Source: the human T2T-CHM13v2.0 reference genome, Homo sapiens. Taken from it: a DNA stretch of 64,000 nt. Within the stretch, counting starts at the first letter, position 1. Every line of letters starts with the position of its first letter. Shown here piece after piece: positions 41,541-54,560 of the stretch. The stretch lies in assembly GCF_009914755.1 (NCBI RefSeq), contig NC_060927.1; one strand, 5' to 3'. The notes under the pieces are model-generated. The model was given only the letters and a program-made list of their open reading frames with translations. It was not told the origin of the DNA and searched no databases. The position numbers and the translations under genes are program-made.

Positions 41541-42353
41541 TGAGAAGTCATGTTATTTAACAGAAATAATCTTTTCAGGTTTTATTTCTGTCTCTCTTCA
41601 AATCTTGGCTACATCTTGAATTCACTGATAACCCAGAAAGCTCTTGTGTCAGACATTAGTGCTGTCTATGTATGCATGAAGGTGTGGGCCTCCTCACTAA
41701 CCATTCTGGATTTCAGTTTCCTAATAAAAATATAATCTCCTAATGTCATCAAGTCTGCAATGGGGACAGAAAAATTAAGTTTCAGAAGTGTTAAATTTGA
41801 AAAAAAAAAATTCCCTCGATATCACCAAGGAAATTCTGGACCATATATTGAGAAAATTTTGTTCTCCTTAGTCAGAAGTTAGAAAACTTGCATCCATCTC
41901 AAAGCCCCTTTGCCTCTGATGCAGTTTACTGTCTCTTAAGCTGCCTGTGACACTGAACTGGCAAGGGTCTGTTCCATTTGGCCTCCCGAAGGGCTTAATA
42001 TTGGAAATGAGGTGAAGTCTGGTGTCCGTTTTCAAAGTGTCTCAGATTAAAAGAGAACCAAATTTTATATGCCAAACCATCATTAAACACAAAACAGTAC
42101 ACATGTTTTAGGTGCTTTTCAATTCTAAACCTTATGCAAGTAAAATGTTATGGAATATAAGAGGTTAATGGAATAAGACAACATCAAAGGAAAAAGAACA
42201 CTTGAAAATCTTTTAGAGCAAACTTCTTACTCCGAGTGGGGGTGGGAGGCGGATTTGAAGAAAGGCCACCTAACAAAGATGGGAATAAAGGATATTTATT
42301 GTACTCCACATCAAACATAGAATATATCAAGAGGTATCAAAAAAGAGACACAG

Positions 42354-42640
42354 GGCCAGACCTAGCGGCTCATGCCTGTAATCCCAGCACTTTGAGAGGC
42401 CAAGTGGGCAGATCATTTGAGGTCATGAGTTCGAGACCAGCTTGGCCAACATGGTGAAACCCCGTCTCTACCAAAAATACAAAAATCAGCCAGGCATGGT
42501 GGCATGCATCTGTAATCCCAGCTACTCGGGAGGCTGAGGCAGCAGAATTACTTGAACAGTGAGCCAAGATCACTCCACTGCACTCCAGCCTGGGTGACAC
42601 AGGAGGACACCATCTCAAAAAAAAAAAAAAAAAAAAAAAA
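42354..42640 (+). mobile_element. AluS with a right-arm deletion
   Basis: Dimer; cttgaacagtgagcc lacks about 20 nt of consensus; poly-A tail. Confidence 0.92.
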
Positions 42641-42654
42641 GACACAATAGCAAA

Positions 42655-42920
42655 AAAGATGATAATGAAGATAAGGATAACAATATCATTGGCTAATATT
42701 TATGGAATGTCTACTACATGCCAAGTATTGGGCTAAAAACTTTACATACATCCCCTACCTGGAATCCACGCAACATCCCTAGGAAGTAGGTACTATTCTT
42801 ATCCCCAACTTAAAGATAAGGAAATGGAGGTAAAGGCAGGCTAAGTAAGTGTCTTACCCAAGGAGATACAATAAGTGTGGCACTGGGATTCAAACTCAGA
42901 GCCAGTGGTAATACTGCCTC
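42655..42920 (-). mobile_element. MIR
   Basis: gctaatatttatggaatgtctactacatgccaag...agataaggaaatggagg...gggattcaaactcag. Confidence 0.8.
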
Positions 42921-42950
42921 CCAGGTAAGCAAATAGAAAATTGCCTTTGA

Positions 42951-43086
42951 GGCCAGGGGTGGTGGCTCACACCTGTAGTCCAAGCACATTGGGAGGCTGA
43001 GGTGGGAGGATCACTTGAGCCCAGGAGTCCGAGACCAGCCTGGGCAAAACAGTGAGACCCCCATCTCTATCAAAAAAAAAAAAAAA
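42951..43086 (+). mobile_element. FLAM_C-like Alu monomer
   Basis: Left monomer only, ending gagacccccatctct plus poly-A. Confidence 0.88.
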
Positions 43087-43449
43087 CCACATAAATTTGT
43101 CTTTGAATTAAGAGGAGTGGGGGAAGTGTCCTCTATTCTGTGCACACAACAGAGAGCAACATGGAAAGCTGTAGGAAGCTACTTATTTAGGGAGCCAGTT
43201 GTACTTATTGCCCAAATGAACACCACTCTCTGTTAAAGGAGTCAGTAAGTTGAATCCCTAGCAACTGGGGAATGACAACATCACGAAAGTTTAAAAGAAA
43301 TTTTTTTTGTTTGTTTCCTTTAAAATCTTTACTTGGCTGCATTCTAAGCTGAGCTTTGTCTGGTAACAATGAAATTTGCTCCTAAGTTTGGAGCCAAGTC
43401 CAATAAAAATCAAACCACCTTGCATGATGACCCCCCGTGAAGTGATAGC

Positions 43450-43650
43450 ATGAAAACTTTGGTTTAAATCTTGAGTCTGCTACTGAATAGCCAGATGATA
43501 CTGGGAAGGTCACTTACATTCTAGGACTGAAATTTTCTCATCTGTCAAACTAGCATAACAATACCTTCTTTAGAAGGTCACTGTTAATTGAAATAATGTG
43601 TGTGAAATGGTTTGCACAATGTCTGGTATAATTACCAATGAATCACTAAG
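43450..43650 (+). mobile_element. MIR
   Basis: ggtttaaatcttgagtctgctact...ttttctcatctgtcaaa...acaatgtctgg. Confidence 0.6.
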
Positions 43651-44149
43651 TGTGCACACAGAAAATAATTTGAGGTTTAATGTTAATTTAATATGCTAGG
43701 ACTTTAAAATGATGTGGAAGTCACACGAAGGAAAATCACGAACTTTATCATGTGTTCCCTGGGGGAATGAGCCTTAATGCTGAAAAGAACAATTTATATT
43801 GAGAAGGTAGAATGAGGTGATGATTATAATTAACTGATTTTGGCTCAAAATCACTTTAAAACCATTCCTTTTGGGTTCTAGAGAATGTTACAGTTCTCTT
43901 TATAAATATCACTGTTGACTTTTAATAAGGACGCGATGGACCAAATAGCAATACATCAGTACAGGAACAAAACTTCCTGCATTTGCTATTCAGAGAAAAC
44001 CAAATGATCTGGTAAAATGTTGCTATTTTAACAGTCCAGTTTGACTGTTTAAAATGTTTAGTTGCTCTGTTCTCCAACACAGTGTATAAGCACTGAGATT
44101 CCAGTTACTGGTAACCAAATTGTAACACTGACTGAACAACTGAATTCTT

Positions 44150-44325
44150 CAGACCAGTTCTTCTGAAATGTTAATACGCATCTCAATTATCTAGGGATTT
44201 GGTTAAAATGCTCATTCTGATTCAGTAGGACTGGGATGAGTCCTTACATTCTGCATGTCTAAAAAGCTCCCAGGTGATGCTAATGCTGTTGGTCCCTGGA
44301 CCACAGCTGGGAGGAGCAAGGCTAT
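44150..44325. mobile_element. MER5A/B fragment
   Basis: gttaaaatgctcattctgattcagtagg...ttctgcatgtctaaaaagctcccaggtgatgctaatgctgttggtcc. Confidence 0.75.
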
Positions 44326-44679
44326 GGAACACAAGTTCTCTCCCTCTCTCTCTCTTTTTAATCCAGCTTTGACTTGTTCATCCGTTCACAAGCCATCTTC
44401 TGCCCTCCCATCTCAGAGGAAGTTTCTGTCCAATGTCAAAACGAAGTGAAATAAGTGCAAAGCACAATATTGTGTCCAGTCTAAATCTGAGGGTTTTCTT
44501 GCCCTGTATTTTGACATATCCACATGAGCATGCAATAATGCACAATAAATACTAGAAATCAACTAGAACTTATATCCACACCTTCTTTACTTGTGGATTA
44601 ATGACAGTTGCTTCCTTTTTATGCACTTCTTGCCGGCTCCTCTTGTACGATAAATGCCAACAACAGCCAGGTAAGTCCT

Positions 44680-44815
44680 ATTTTTATTCCTATTTTATAG
44701 AAGAAAAGGGGAGATTCAGTCAGACTAAATAATTTCACCAAGGTCACCCAGATAGGAAGTACAGAGCCAGTCTGACTCTCAAGTCCATGTTCTTAACCAC
44801 TGTGTTATGAAGTAC
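44680..44815 (-). mobile_element. MIR fragment
   Basis: ccaaggtcacccag...cagtctgactctcaagtccatgttcttaaccact. Confidence 0.75.
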
Positions 44816-44870
44816 AGTTACCCGAGAACTTCCAGTTCTGTTTCTGGAGGAAAAAAAAATGACATGAAAA

Positions 44871-45458
44871 TGAGGCAGGAATAAAACAGGGTGATCACAG
44901 GAGAATGGAAAATTCCAGGGAGTAATTTCACATAACTAGCAAAAAAGAGACTACTGAAATAGCTACAAAAGCTATGAGTTGATAAGACCCTGAAAAACAG
45001 GCATGGACCAAGCTGGCTAATACCAACTGGACCCAACATGGTGCTGCATTTGACCTAGGTTTCACCTAGAACCTCATTATATGCTCATTAACATACTAAA
45101 CCACACACTCACCAGTGCCAGGACGGTTCCAAAAACACTCATATTTGGTGTAAAACTGGAAGGCAACATAGTTCAGAGAAATCTCCACCTTTTTCCAGGA
45201 GTTTTCATGAATATCCCACCCCTTGGTTAAAGAAACCCATAAAGATGGAAACCGCAAACCCCACGGCATGACTTTCTCCTGAGTAAACCCGTACTCCCCT
45301 TTCTTAAGTATGTATTTTTCACTTTGCAATAAATCTTGCTACTTGAACTATTTTCTGCCTCATCCTTGAATTCCTTCTTGCAATGGGGCCAAGAGCCTGG
45401 ATATCAGCTGGAACTGAAGTCCCACCGGCGTTTGGGGACCTCCTCCAAACCAAAACCA
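44871..45458 (+). mobile_element. ERV1 solo LTR, MER66-like
   Basis: Starts TGAGGCAGGAATAAAACAGGGTG; ccaacatgg...tttgacctaggtttcacctag; AATAAA near 45328; ttgaattccttcttgc...caagagcctgg 3' motif. Confidence 0.75.
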
Positions 45459-45829
45459 CTCTCTGTGTCACAGTGATGTTGGCCTGGGTTCTACATTTCT
45501 CAACCCCCAATCTCCAAATGAGTGGATGGCAAAGGTTTCCAGAGTTTGGTTACAATCTCTCTGTGCTAAATCAAGATCATAGTTTATGACCCACCCAGAA
45601 CCATACTGACAAGACACAAATTACAAGTTGGCCACATAGAAAGCACTCAACCATTTAATCTACCTGGTATTTACAAAATGATTTCGTTATGCCAATTGTT
45701 ACATGTTGTGGGGCAAATACAAAAAAAGAGAAGGCATAATTTCAGCTTCAAAGAAAGTCCAACTTTCTTAGAGGTAAAGGTAAAGTTCATTGTGGTGAAC
45801 TTTTACCATAGTGAGGTAAAAGTTCATTG

Positions 45830-46080
45830 ACTTGTTGATTCATTCATTCCACAAATATTCACTAAGTGAGTGTCTCATGTCATGCACTCTCTAAGGCACT
45901 AACGCCATGAAGGTGAACATGGTAAACGGGCTTCGCCCTCTCTGAGTTTATAGTCAAAAAGGACAGATAGACATTAAATGCATAATTATACAAATAATCA
46001 CAATAGTGGTGAACACTACAAGGGTGAAGTACAAGATGTTCTGTGAAACTTGACCTTGTCTAGGGGCACAGACAATACAT
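45830..46080 (-). mobile_element. L2 3' fragment
   Basis: gattcattcattccacaaatattcactaag...aggcact...gagtttatagtc. Confidence 0.7.
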
Positions 46081-47129
46081 CCTAGGAAACTCAGACAAGT
46101 TTAAGATAAACAAACATGGACATTGATTAGTCTTCTACAGGGAGGTCTAGTTACACAAAGTGATGGTCCTCTGACAACTCTGAAATCAACGCATTCAATG
46201 CAAACAAAGATTATTATTGTCTTCTGGAAAAGTTTCCAGATCTCATTAGGGAAAAATGAACCCAATATTTGTTCTTAACATATAATTACTTCAAACTATG
46301 GTTAAACTCACAGAAAGCTGGAAAGTCAGAAAGTTTTCTGACATCTGTCTTCTAATGATGCTTTTCACTTTCAGATTAAACAAATTCTGCTATAATGAAA
46401 GAAGATGAAGAGGGACCATCATCTCTATGGGAGGCCACCATGTCTCGCCTTCCATAATAAGCTATTACAATACTTTGGACCCATATCCATAATGCCAAAG
46501 GACCAATTATTACTAGAATCTTAATTCTGGGAACAAGATAGGTAAAGAAAAATGCATCACGTTCAAGCAAAAATACACTCATCAAACTGACACCTCACAG
46601 GCACATCAAACAAAACACTAAACTACACCCCAGGATTCCAAGATGAATACTAATTTTCTAAAGTAAATTAGGTAACCTTCAGGACACAGAACCATCTTTC
46701 CTGACATCAGTTTAGAGCTCTAAAAAATAAAAAACAAATTGAAAAGCCCCCAATGTATATTCTTACACATATTTGCTCACAGGATGGTGTATAACTAGAT
46801 TAATTGTGAGTATATGTCCCCTGGGGGTAGAATTAGCCTTTTTGGATCCCTAGTCTAAAATCTAGAACTAGTGGGGAGAAAAGAAAATGTCAGGCAAAAC
46901 CCCCATTATCATATGTAAATTACAGAATGAGTGATTTCCTGTCAACAAAATGAATTCTGTATGTTGTTTTGGAAGTGGCACCTTATTAAACACACAAGTC
47001 ATTTTCATAATTAAACAAGGGCAAATGCAGAGGAAAGAAGCCATTTAAAATGGCATCTTGGTTTTCAGAGGGAAAAAAGTGGGTCCAAATAAACCACAGC
47101 AACATATGAATAACCATCAAGCCCTGCTG

Positions 47130-47683
<554 letters not shown>

Positions 47684-47964
47684 TCATCTTTGTATTTCTT
47701 TATTATTGCTGCCAAGAAAAAAACAGAGGAATTACCAAGAACTTTAACAAGTTCAGGATGGAGGCTGAAGTGGAATAAACCACAAGGTGAATGAAAGGAG
47801 AAAAAAATAAAAATAATCAGAACACTGGGTACACTCTGTGCCCTCTCTCTCCTTCAATTAACAAGTAAGCCATACTCAGTCCATGCAGAAGCCAAATTGT
47901 TTACATATGACATTCAAATGAGCAGCCTGGCCTGGGTTTAAATGAAAATGTACTCATCTAAATT

Positions 47965-48155
47965 AGGGAGCAGCAAACTTTCCATAAAATGCCAGACAGT
48001 AATTATTTTAGGCTTTGCAGACCATACGGTCTCTGTAGCAACTACTTGATTCTGCCACTTTGTGTGAATGCAGCTATGGACAATATGCAACCAAATGGCC
48101 ATGGCCGCGTTCCAGTAAAACTGTATTGGGACAGGTGTGGTTTACCAATCACTGA
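47965..48155. mobile_element. MER58A-like MITE
   Basis: cagcaaactttcc...gccagacagtaattattttaggctttgc...gcagctatggacaatatg. Confidence 0.8.
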
Positions 48156-48224
48156 TCTAAATAGAAGTTTGAGAGGTCAGTATGACAGATATGTTTGTTT
48201 GTTTGTATGTTCTAATGATGTTTC

Positions 48225-48530
48225 TCTTTTTTATTGTATCAATTTAAGTTGTGCAATATGATGTTTTGATATGCATATAAGTACTGATTATTATAGTCAA
48301 ACAAATTAACATAGCCATCATCTCACATAGTCACCTCTTTTTTTGTGTCAACAGTACCTAAAATCCCCTCTTAGCAAATTTCCAGTATACGATATTATTA
48401 ACTATAGTCCTCATACTATACATTAGATTTCTAGACTTATTTACCACACATAACTACAACTTTACACATTATGACCTACATCTCTATTCTGCCCCAACTC
48501 CCTGCCCCTGGTAATCACTATTCTGCTGGT
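48225..48530 (-). mobile_element. L1MA-type 3' end
   Basis: aatatgatgttttgatat...aattaacatagccatcatctcacatag...ttattaactatagtc...cccctggtaatcactattct. Confidence 0.85.
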
Positions 48531-49319
48531 AGACAGGTTTTGTTCATTGTTTTCCTAACCAATGTTTCTGTCCACTTCCTGAACTTCCACCTTCAGTTGT
48601 GAGCAGGGCATGGATGGTAGACCAGAGACGGGTGCTGGAGGAGCCAAGAAGACCCTGTTTCAAAGGAGGTACACCTACCCATGCCTAGCACATACTGGGA
48701 ATTCAATACATATGTCCACGATGTTTTATTTCTTGAAAAGGGAACTAAAGGGTAACAAAGTGAGATTGAAAATAATATACAAATATAAATTTAACATAGT
48801 AAAATGTCAACATGTGTGAAGCCTGGGAAGTGGAAACGCAAATGTTGGTTATCTGTGCTTCTGAGACTACCAGGGTTTTTAATTTCCATATTGCTACAGA
48901 AGGATATTTATGTATATTTAGCAGAAACGTCACAGCATTGGTCAATTGCTACAAAAACGTCTAAAGTTTTACTCTCATTTTCTGTTCTTGCCTTCCTCTG
49001 GACTGATAATGGTTTTACCGTGGTACCAGTCCACAGACCACACTTTGGGCACTGCTTATATTATTTTTTCCTTATGTTTGAAATATAGCACAATTAACAT
49101 CTTAAAAATAAAATCAGAACGGAGAAGAGGAGTCAAATGTGGAATCCTAAAATTCAAAGGTCATGAAACCAACTGCAGAAACGCCAAACTAAAGGGCTTT
49201 GTGTCTTTACAGATTACTTCATTCAAGAGGTATCTATTGAGGGCCCACTGGGTATCCATTCCTGTGCCAGGGTTCAGGACAGTGAGCAAGCCACAGTGGC
49301 AGCCCTTGGGGAGCCTTCA

Positions 49320-49548
49320 GTTAGTGGGGAACTTTTCAGCCTTGACACTACCGACATTTGGGGCTGCCTTGTTCTTCCTTGTCAAGGTTCCTTGTGCACT
49401 GTAAGATGTTCAGCAGTATCTTTGACCTAAACCCACTAGGTCAGTAGTCAGTAGTAGTACCTCCCCGAGTTGTGATGGCCAAAAATGTCTCCAGACATTG
49501 CCAGATGTCCCCTAGGGATCAAAAGCAACCCCACTGTGAACCACTGAC
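49320..49548. mobile_element. MER20
   Basis: gacatttggggctg...tgtgcactgtaagatgttcagcag...aaaaatgtctccagacattgccagatgtcccc...gaaccactg. Confidence 0.85.
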
Positions 49549-49969
49549 CTATAGCAAAGGAATGATAGTTACAGTTAATAACAACTATAATATGTCAAGT
49601 CGTGTTGACAGATAGGGCTTTAACCCAAAAATGTTAAATCCTCATGAAGAAATAATATGTTCATTATGAAACATATATCTCAACTAAGTGATACTTATGA
49701 TCATTACAAATGGTAGGCTACATTCATACTGCTCCATGCCATTGCAACAGTTCCCAACTACTATTGCAATGGGCTTCAGTGCTGAAAAATTGTCACCTAG
49801 GATATTTCACAGAATGCTCATAACAGGTTCGCCAAGAAATTATTACAGTATGTATTTCATGAAAAACAAAACAAGAGATCCAGAAAAAATAAGCCACTTG
49901 CATAACGTGGCCCAGGTAGACACTATACTCAGGTTTACTGTCTCTGAGTCTAGTAACATCATTACTACC

Positions 49970-50180
49970 ACCAATAACAACAAAGACTAATAGAGCTTAT
50001 TCAGAGAATATGTATATGTATAAGCTATTGTTCTCAGATCATAATCTCATTTAATGCTCGTAACAACCCTACAAGGTAGCTTCTGATATTGCCACATTTT
50101 ACAGACGAAAAAACTCTGGCCAAGATAAATTAAATAACTTATCCAAGTGGCAAAGGGGAGGAATTTGAACTCGACCACAC
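49970..50180 (-). mobile_element. MIR
   Basis: atctcatttaatgctcgtaacaaccct...cattttacagacgaaaaaact...atttgaac. Confidence 0.8.
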
Positions 50181-50216
50181 CAGTGGTTTCTCATTCCAGT
50201 TTCTGTGGAGAAAAAT

Positions 50217-51352
50217 AGTCAATCTTCACTATTAACAGATTCCATATTTGCATATTTGCCTACTCACTGAATTTTATTTGAAACCTCAAAATCAATACTC
50301 ACAGCACTTTCACGACATTTTATGGGCATGTACAGAGCAGTGAAAAATTGTAGTTGCCCAATGAGTATGTTTCCAGTGGAGATCAAACAAGACCATGGCC
50401 TGTCCTTCTGTTTCAGGTCTCACACTGTGAACAAATGTGCTTTTTACAGTCTATTTAGTGCCATTCTTTCACATTTTTGTGCTTTTTGATGGTAATTTCT
50501 CTGTTTAAAATGACCTCCAATTGTAGTGCTAAAGTCTATATAGTGTTTCTAAGTGCAAGAAGGCTGTATATGGCCTATATTTTTGCTTCCAAGCAACAAC
50601 TGCCCTAAACCATTAAAAAAATTCAAACATCTTCCATGTGGTCTTGAAAAAGTAACCCCACCCAAAATTCTAGCCAGAAGTCTACCTGCTGAGGCAGAAG
50701 AGCCTTTGAGTACTAATCATAGATACACTGACTCATGCTATCAATCTAAAGCAAGTGTTCACCCTTGACTCCCTGTCACACTCAGCAAATTTCCTACCTC
50801 TTTAAAACTTACCAGCCTTACAGAGAAAATGGTGTGCTGGATATGCTTCATTCAGGCATGAGTTACAGGGCTCTTAGCTGTGAATTCGGTGTTAATGAAT
50901 CCACAATAATATATGTCCAGAAAAAGAAAACGGAAATTGGCTGATCTGAGGCCAAGCCACAGATTGCCAAGGTAACATCTATAGTGCATGATGAGGCTAT
51001 GGAAAAGATGGAAAACAGGCTAAATTTGTGGATTTGTGAGAAGAAAAATTTGAAAAAACATAGTGAACAGCATTGCTGTAAAGGATCAGGAAAGTGTTCA
51101 ACCCTTCTCAGTGACATCTTATTATAAAGAAATACTGCATATGTGATTTGAAAGAAATGAACATTAAAGTGTCATTAAACAGAAATACAAGTAAGATACA
51201 ATTATGTATTGATCAGTTGATGAAAATGTGACCAGAAGTTCACAGGAACCTAATCCTGTATTTCCCTTAGCAGATCAGTATTTGCTAATTAAGTGTTCAT
51301 GGTGACCTTATACAACATAACTACACACAGACACAAAAACAAGAACTGACAG
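50217..51352. mobile_element. Tigger6/MER82-family TcMar element interrupted by a 244-bp non-transposon insert
   Basis: gattccatatttgc...caaaatcaatactc...aagaaggctgt|insert|gccttacagagaaaat...gaaaagatggaaaacaggctaaatttgtggatt...caggaacctaatcctgtatttccc. Confidence 0.8.
50571..50814 (+). repeat. Local direct repeat, copy A (inserted in the Tigger element)
   Basis: Colinear with 51601-51850; roughly 80% identity by eye. Confidence 0.93.
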
Positions 51353-51600
51353 TATGTGGATCACTCTTGGAACATTTCCTGGGCTTTCCCCTCAAAGTTC
51401 CTAAATTTCAACAGCGGGGCCCAGAAATCTAAATGTTTTAAAGGCTCCTCATCCACAGACCCATGTTTATGAACCACTGTGATACATCATGCTAACAAAA
51501 CCAACAAAAATCTTTAAAAAAACTATTCTTCCTACTTTTGATAAATCTGTATACCATAGAGCGCCTTACAGTTACAGAGGGCTCATGCTGTGAAATTGTT

Positions 51601-51850
51601 TGGCTTATATCCTTGCTTCCAGGCCACAACTTTTTTAAACCATTAAGGAAAAAAAAATTCAAACACTTTCCATATGGTCACTGAAAAAGTAACTCCACCC
51701 AGAACTCTAGCCAGAAGTCTACCTGCTGAGTTAGGAGCCCTTCAGTACTAATCACAGATACACTGACTCATGTTGATCAGTCCAGAGCAGGGATTCACCA
51801 TCAACTCCCTGTTACTCTCGGCAAATTTCCCACCTCTTTAAAACTTTCCA
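51601..51850 (+). repeat. Local direct repeat, copy B (presumed donor)
   Basis: Shares tagccagaagtctacctgctgag, agatacactgactcatg, gcaaatttcc and acctctttaaaactt with copy A. Confidence 0.93.
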
Positions 51851-52044
51851 TGTGTGTGTGTGCATTCACAATGTACTATTATCTTAGTAGCCAGGGCACT
51901 GTACAAAGAGCATTAAAAGATAATCAGAGATACTATAAATAGTGATTTGGAAATATACTTCCTTAAGAGAATGATGACAAGACTCATGCTCAGGATAGAT
52001 TTTTATGGCCATCCCCAGATGTCCAACAATCTTTCTCTCCAGTA

Positions 52045-52320
52045 TAGAATTCTCCAAAGGCTATTCCACTGAACACAAGTCAGAGAGAATGCTTTGAGAC
52101 TAAAAAATTCCAAGGCAGGTGAGTTTGGAAAATGCTGCTTATTATAAAACCTTATAGACATTCAATCACATATTAGCATAGTAAAAGCTCTGAGAAGCCC
52201 TGAAGGGAAGATAGGAATGACACATGTCTAAACTATGTTTCAGTGAGCAATTCCCAAACTGATTTGACCATGCGTTTCCTTTACAAACCTATAAGTTCCA
52301 GGAAACAATGCTGAGAAGTG
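52045..52320. mobile_element. Old hAT-Charlie MITE (MER112/113-like)
   Basis: ttctccaaaggctattccactgaacac...gagtttggaaaatgctg...gcacatattagc-like core...ttcccaaactgatttgacc. Confidence 0.45.
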
Positions 52321-53206
52321 TTATTTTATTATCTTGCTGGTGGAGGCCATAGAAAAAGATGAAACAACCTCCCCCTCATGGCCATCTCCACATTCTGATG
52401 AAAATTCCTTACCCTTATTTCTCCAGTGCAAGGATTCATCACAGATCAATCACGGAGACAGCTTTGGACTCTTCCAGAAATTCCACAGCTGCACCCTTTG
52501 CTCATGACCACAGGCAAGGTCCACCATTAGGGGGAGATGAGCGCTGCGCTTCAATACCCTTTCCTCCATGAAAACATCCATCCCAAACTAGATGAAGCCT
52601 TCAGACATACCTACAATTATCCCACTGGGAAAGATGAGCATGAGAAAAACAATGGTCTCCTGCAAGATAAACAGCAGTGTCCTATTTGTTCGCAGTGAGT
52701 GAAAATGGCATTCCTTCTGCCCAGAATGAGAACAGAGGAAAAAAGGTGTTCAAATTATAGACACTTTCATTTTCAAAAATCATTTATCTAAATTATTTGA
52801 TGCCATGAGGAAGGCTCCCATGAAGAAGGGGCAATGGGCTAGGCCTTCAGGGACAATTCAAAATTGGGAAAGTAGGACTACAGTATGTGGGTATCAGAGA
52901 TGGGTGGACCAGCATGGGAGGGGAGGTTTCAAAATGATTTAAATAGCATGAACGAATATAATACAGAACACAGTTTGGTTCATCAGAATTCCACGGTGGC
53001 CGATTCCTGGGAGAAAAGCAGCCAGAAGGTAAAACTTAATTATACTTTCCAAGGCCATCAGAGATGCTACCGCATGAGAAGTGTGATGTGTGTTTTGCAC
53101 AGACTGGGGAAGGAATGGCTGCGTGTGTGGGACAAGTGAGAGCACCAGGAGGAATGACTGTGTTCTCAGGATGAATTCTATACTCTTAAAGAAGAAACCA
53201 ATTGAA

Positions 53207-53638
<432 letters not shown>

Positions 53639-53669
53639 TAAATTAGTAACATCAGGTTTTTCTGAGAGA

Positions 53670-53925
53670 TAATAGTATAATGTTGAGATTCAGACCATGA
53701 ACTCCAAACCCAGGCTGCTTAGGTTCTCATCCTAACTCTGTCACTAACAGGCCATGTGACCTTGGGCTAGGCATTTAAACTCTTTGTGCCTCAGTTTTTC
53801 CATCTGCAAGATGGGGATGACAATAATACCACTACACCAGAAGGGTTGACGTGAGGTTTAAATGAACGAATACACTTAATAAGGCACTTAGCATAGTACC
53901 TGGCACACAAGTGCTATTAAATAGT
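53670..53925 (+). mobile_element. MIR, near full length
   Basis: tgtgaccttgggc...tgtgcctcagtttttccatctgcaagatggggatgacaat...gcacttagcatagtacctggcacac. Confidence 0.9.
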
Positions 53926-53929
53926 TGTG

Positions 53930-54052
53930 CACTGGAGTAAGCTTATACTGGCTCATGAGAGTCAAATGTTAGCACCTCTTCCTACCTTCGTACTCAGAGA
54001 CATCAGTCATCCCCTGCCAGAGCCAGGTGTTAAACATTTATCAGCATACCAC
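53930..54052. mobile_element. MER63-like hAT-Blackjack MITE
   Basis: ctggctcatgagagtcaaatgtta...gtgttaaacatttatcagcataccac. Confidence 0.55.
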
Positions 54053-54189
54053 ATAAACATCATATTTTCAAAAAGTTTGTGTAAAAATGGAATTAAAAGA
54101 TAAAAATTAAAAATATAAACTTTATTTCTCAACGCAAGCTCCAACCAGTTCAAAACTCTCTTGTGAGTGATGAACCAGCCATTTAGTCC

Positions 54190-54486
54190 TTTTTTTTCTT
54201 TTTTTTTTTTTTTTTTTTTGACACGGAGTCTCACTCTGTCGCCCAGGCTGGAGTGCAGTGGTGCAATCTCAGCTCACTGCAACCTCTGCCCCCTAGGTTC
54301 AATTGATTCTGCTGCCTCAGCCTCCTAAGTAGCTGGGGTTACAGGCGTGCTGTAATTTTTGTACTTTTAGTAGAGACGGGGTTTCACCATCTTGGCCAGG
54401 TTGGTCTTGAACTCCTGACCTTGTGATCCACCTGCCTCGGCCTCCCAAAGAGCTGGGATTACAGGTGTGAGCCACTGTGCCCAGCC
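54190..54486 (-). mobile_element. AluS inside HSMAR2
   Basis: 12-bp TSD gccatttagtcc (54178, 54487); short deletion next to the linker. Confidence 0.93.
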
Positions 54487-54560
54487 GCCATTTAGTCCAT
54501 TCTTAAAGAACTGAAGGTCCTGGGAATTTAACCATGTCAATGTTGTCTTTTTTTACATTA

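Larger units (their letters stand above)
50181..51479. mobile_element. MER5-like MITE (50181-50215 plus 51355-51479) split by a Tigger insertion
   Basis: Termini cagtggtttctca and tgaaccactg; internal gggcccagaaatctaaatgtttt. Confidence 0.6.

Noticed and set aside
48946-49404. Longest ORF (152 aa)
   Set aside because: Runs across DNA-transposon, L2 and MER20 fragments, starts at a non-ATG codon and has no recognisable homology.
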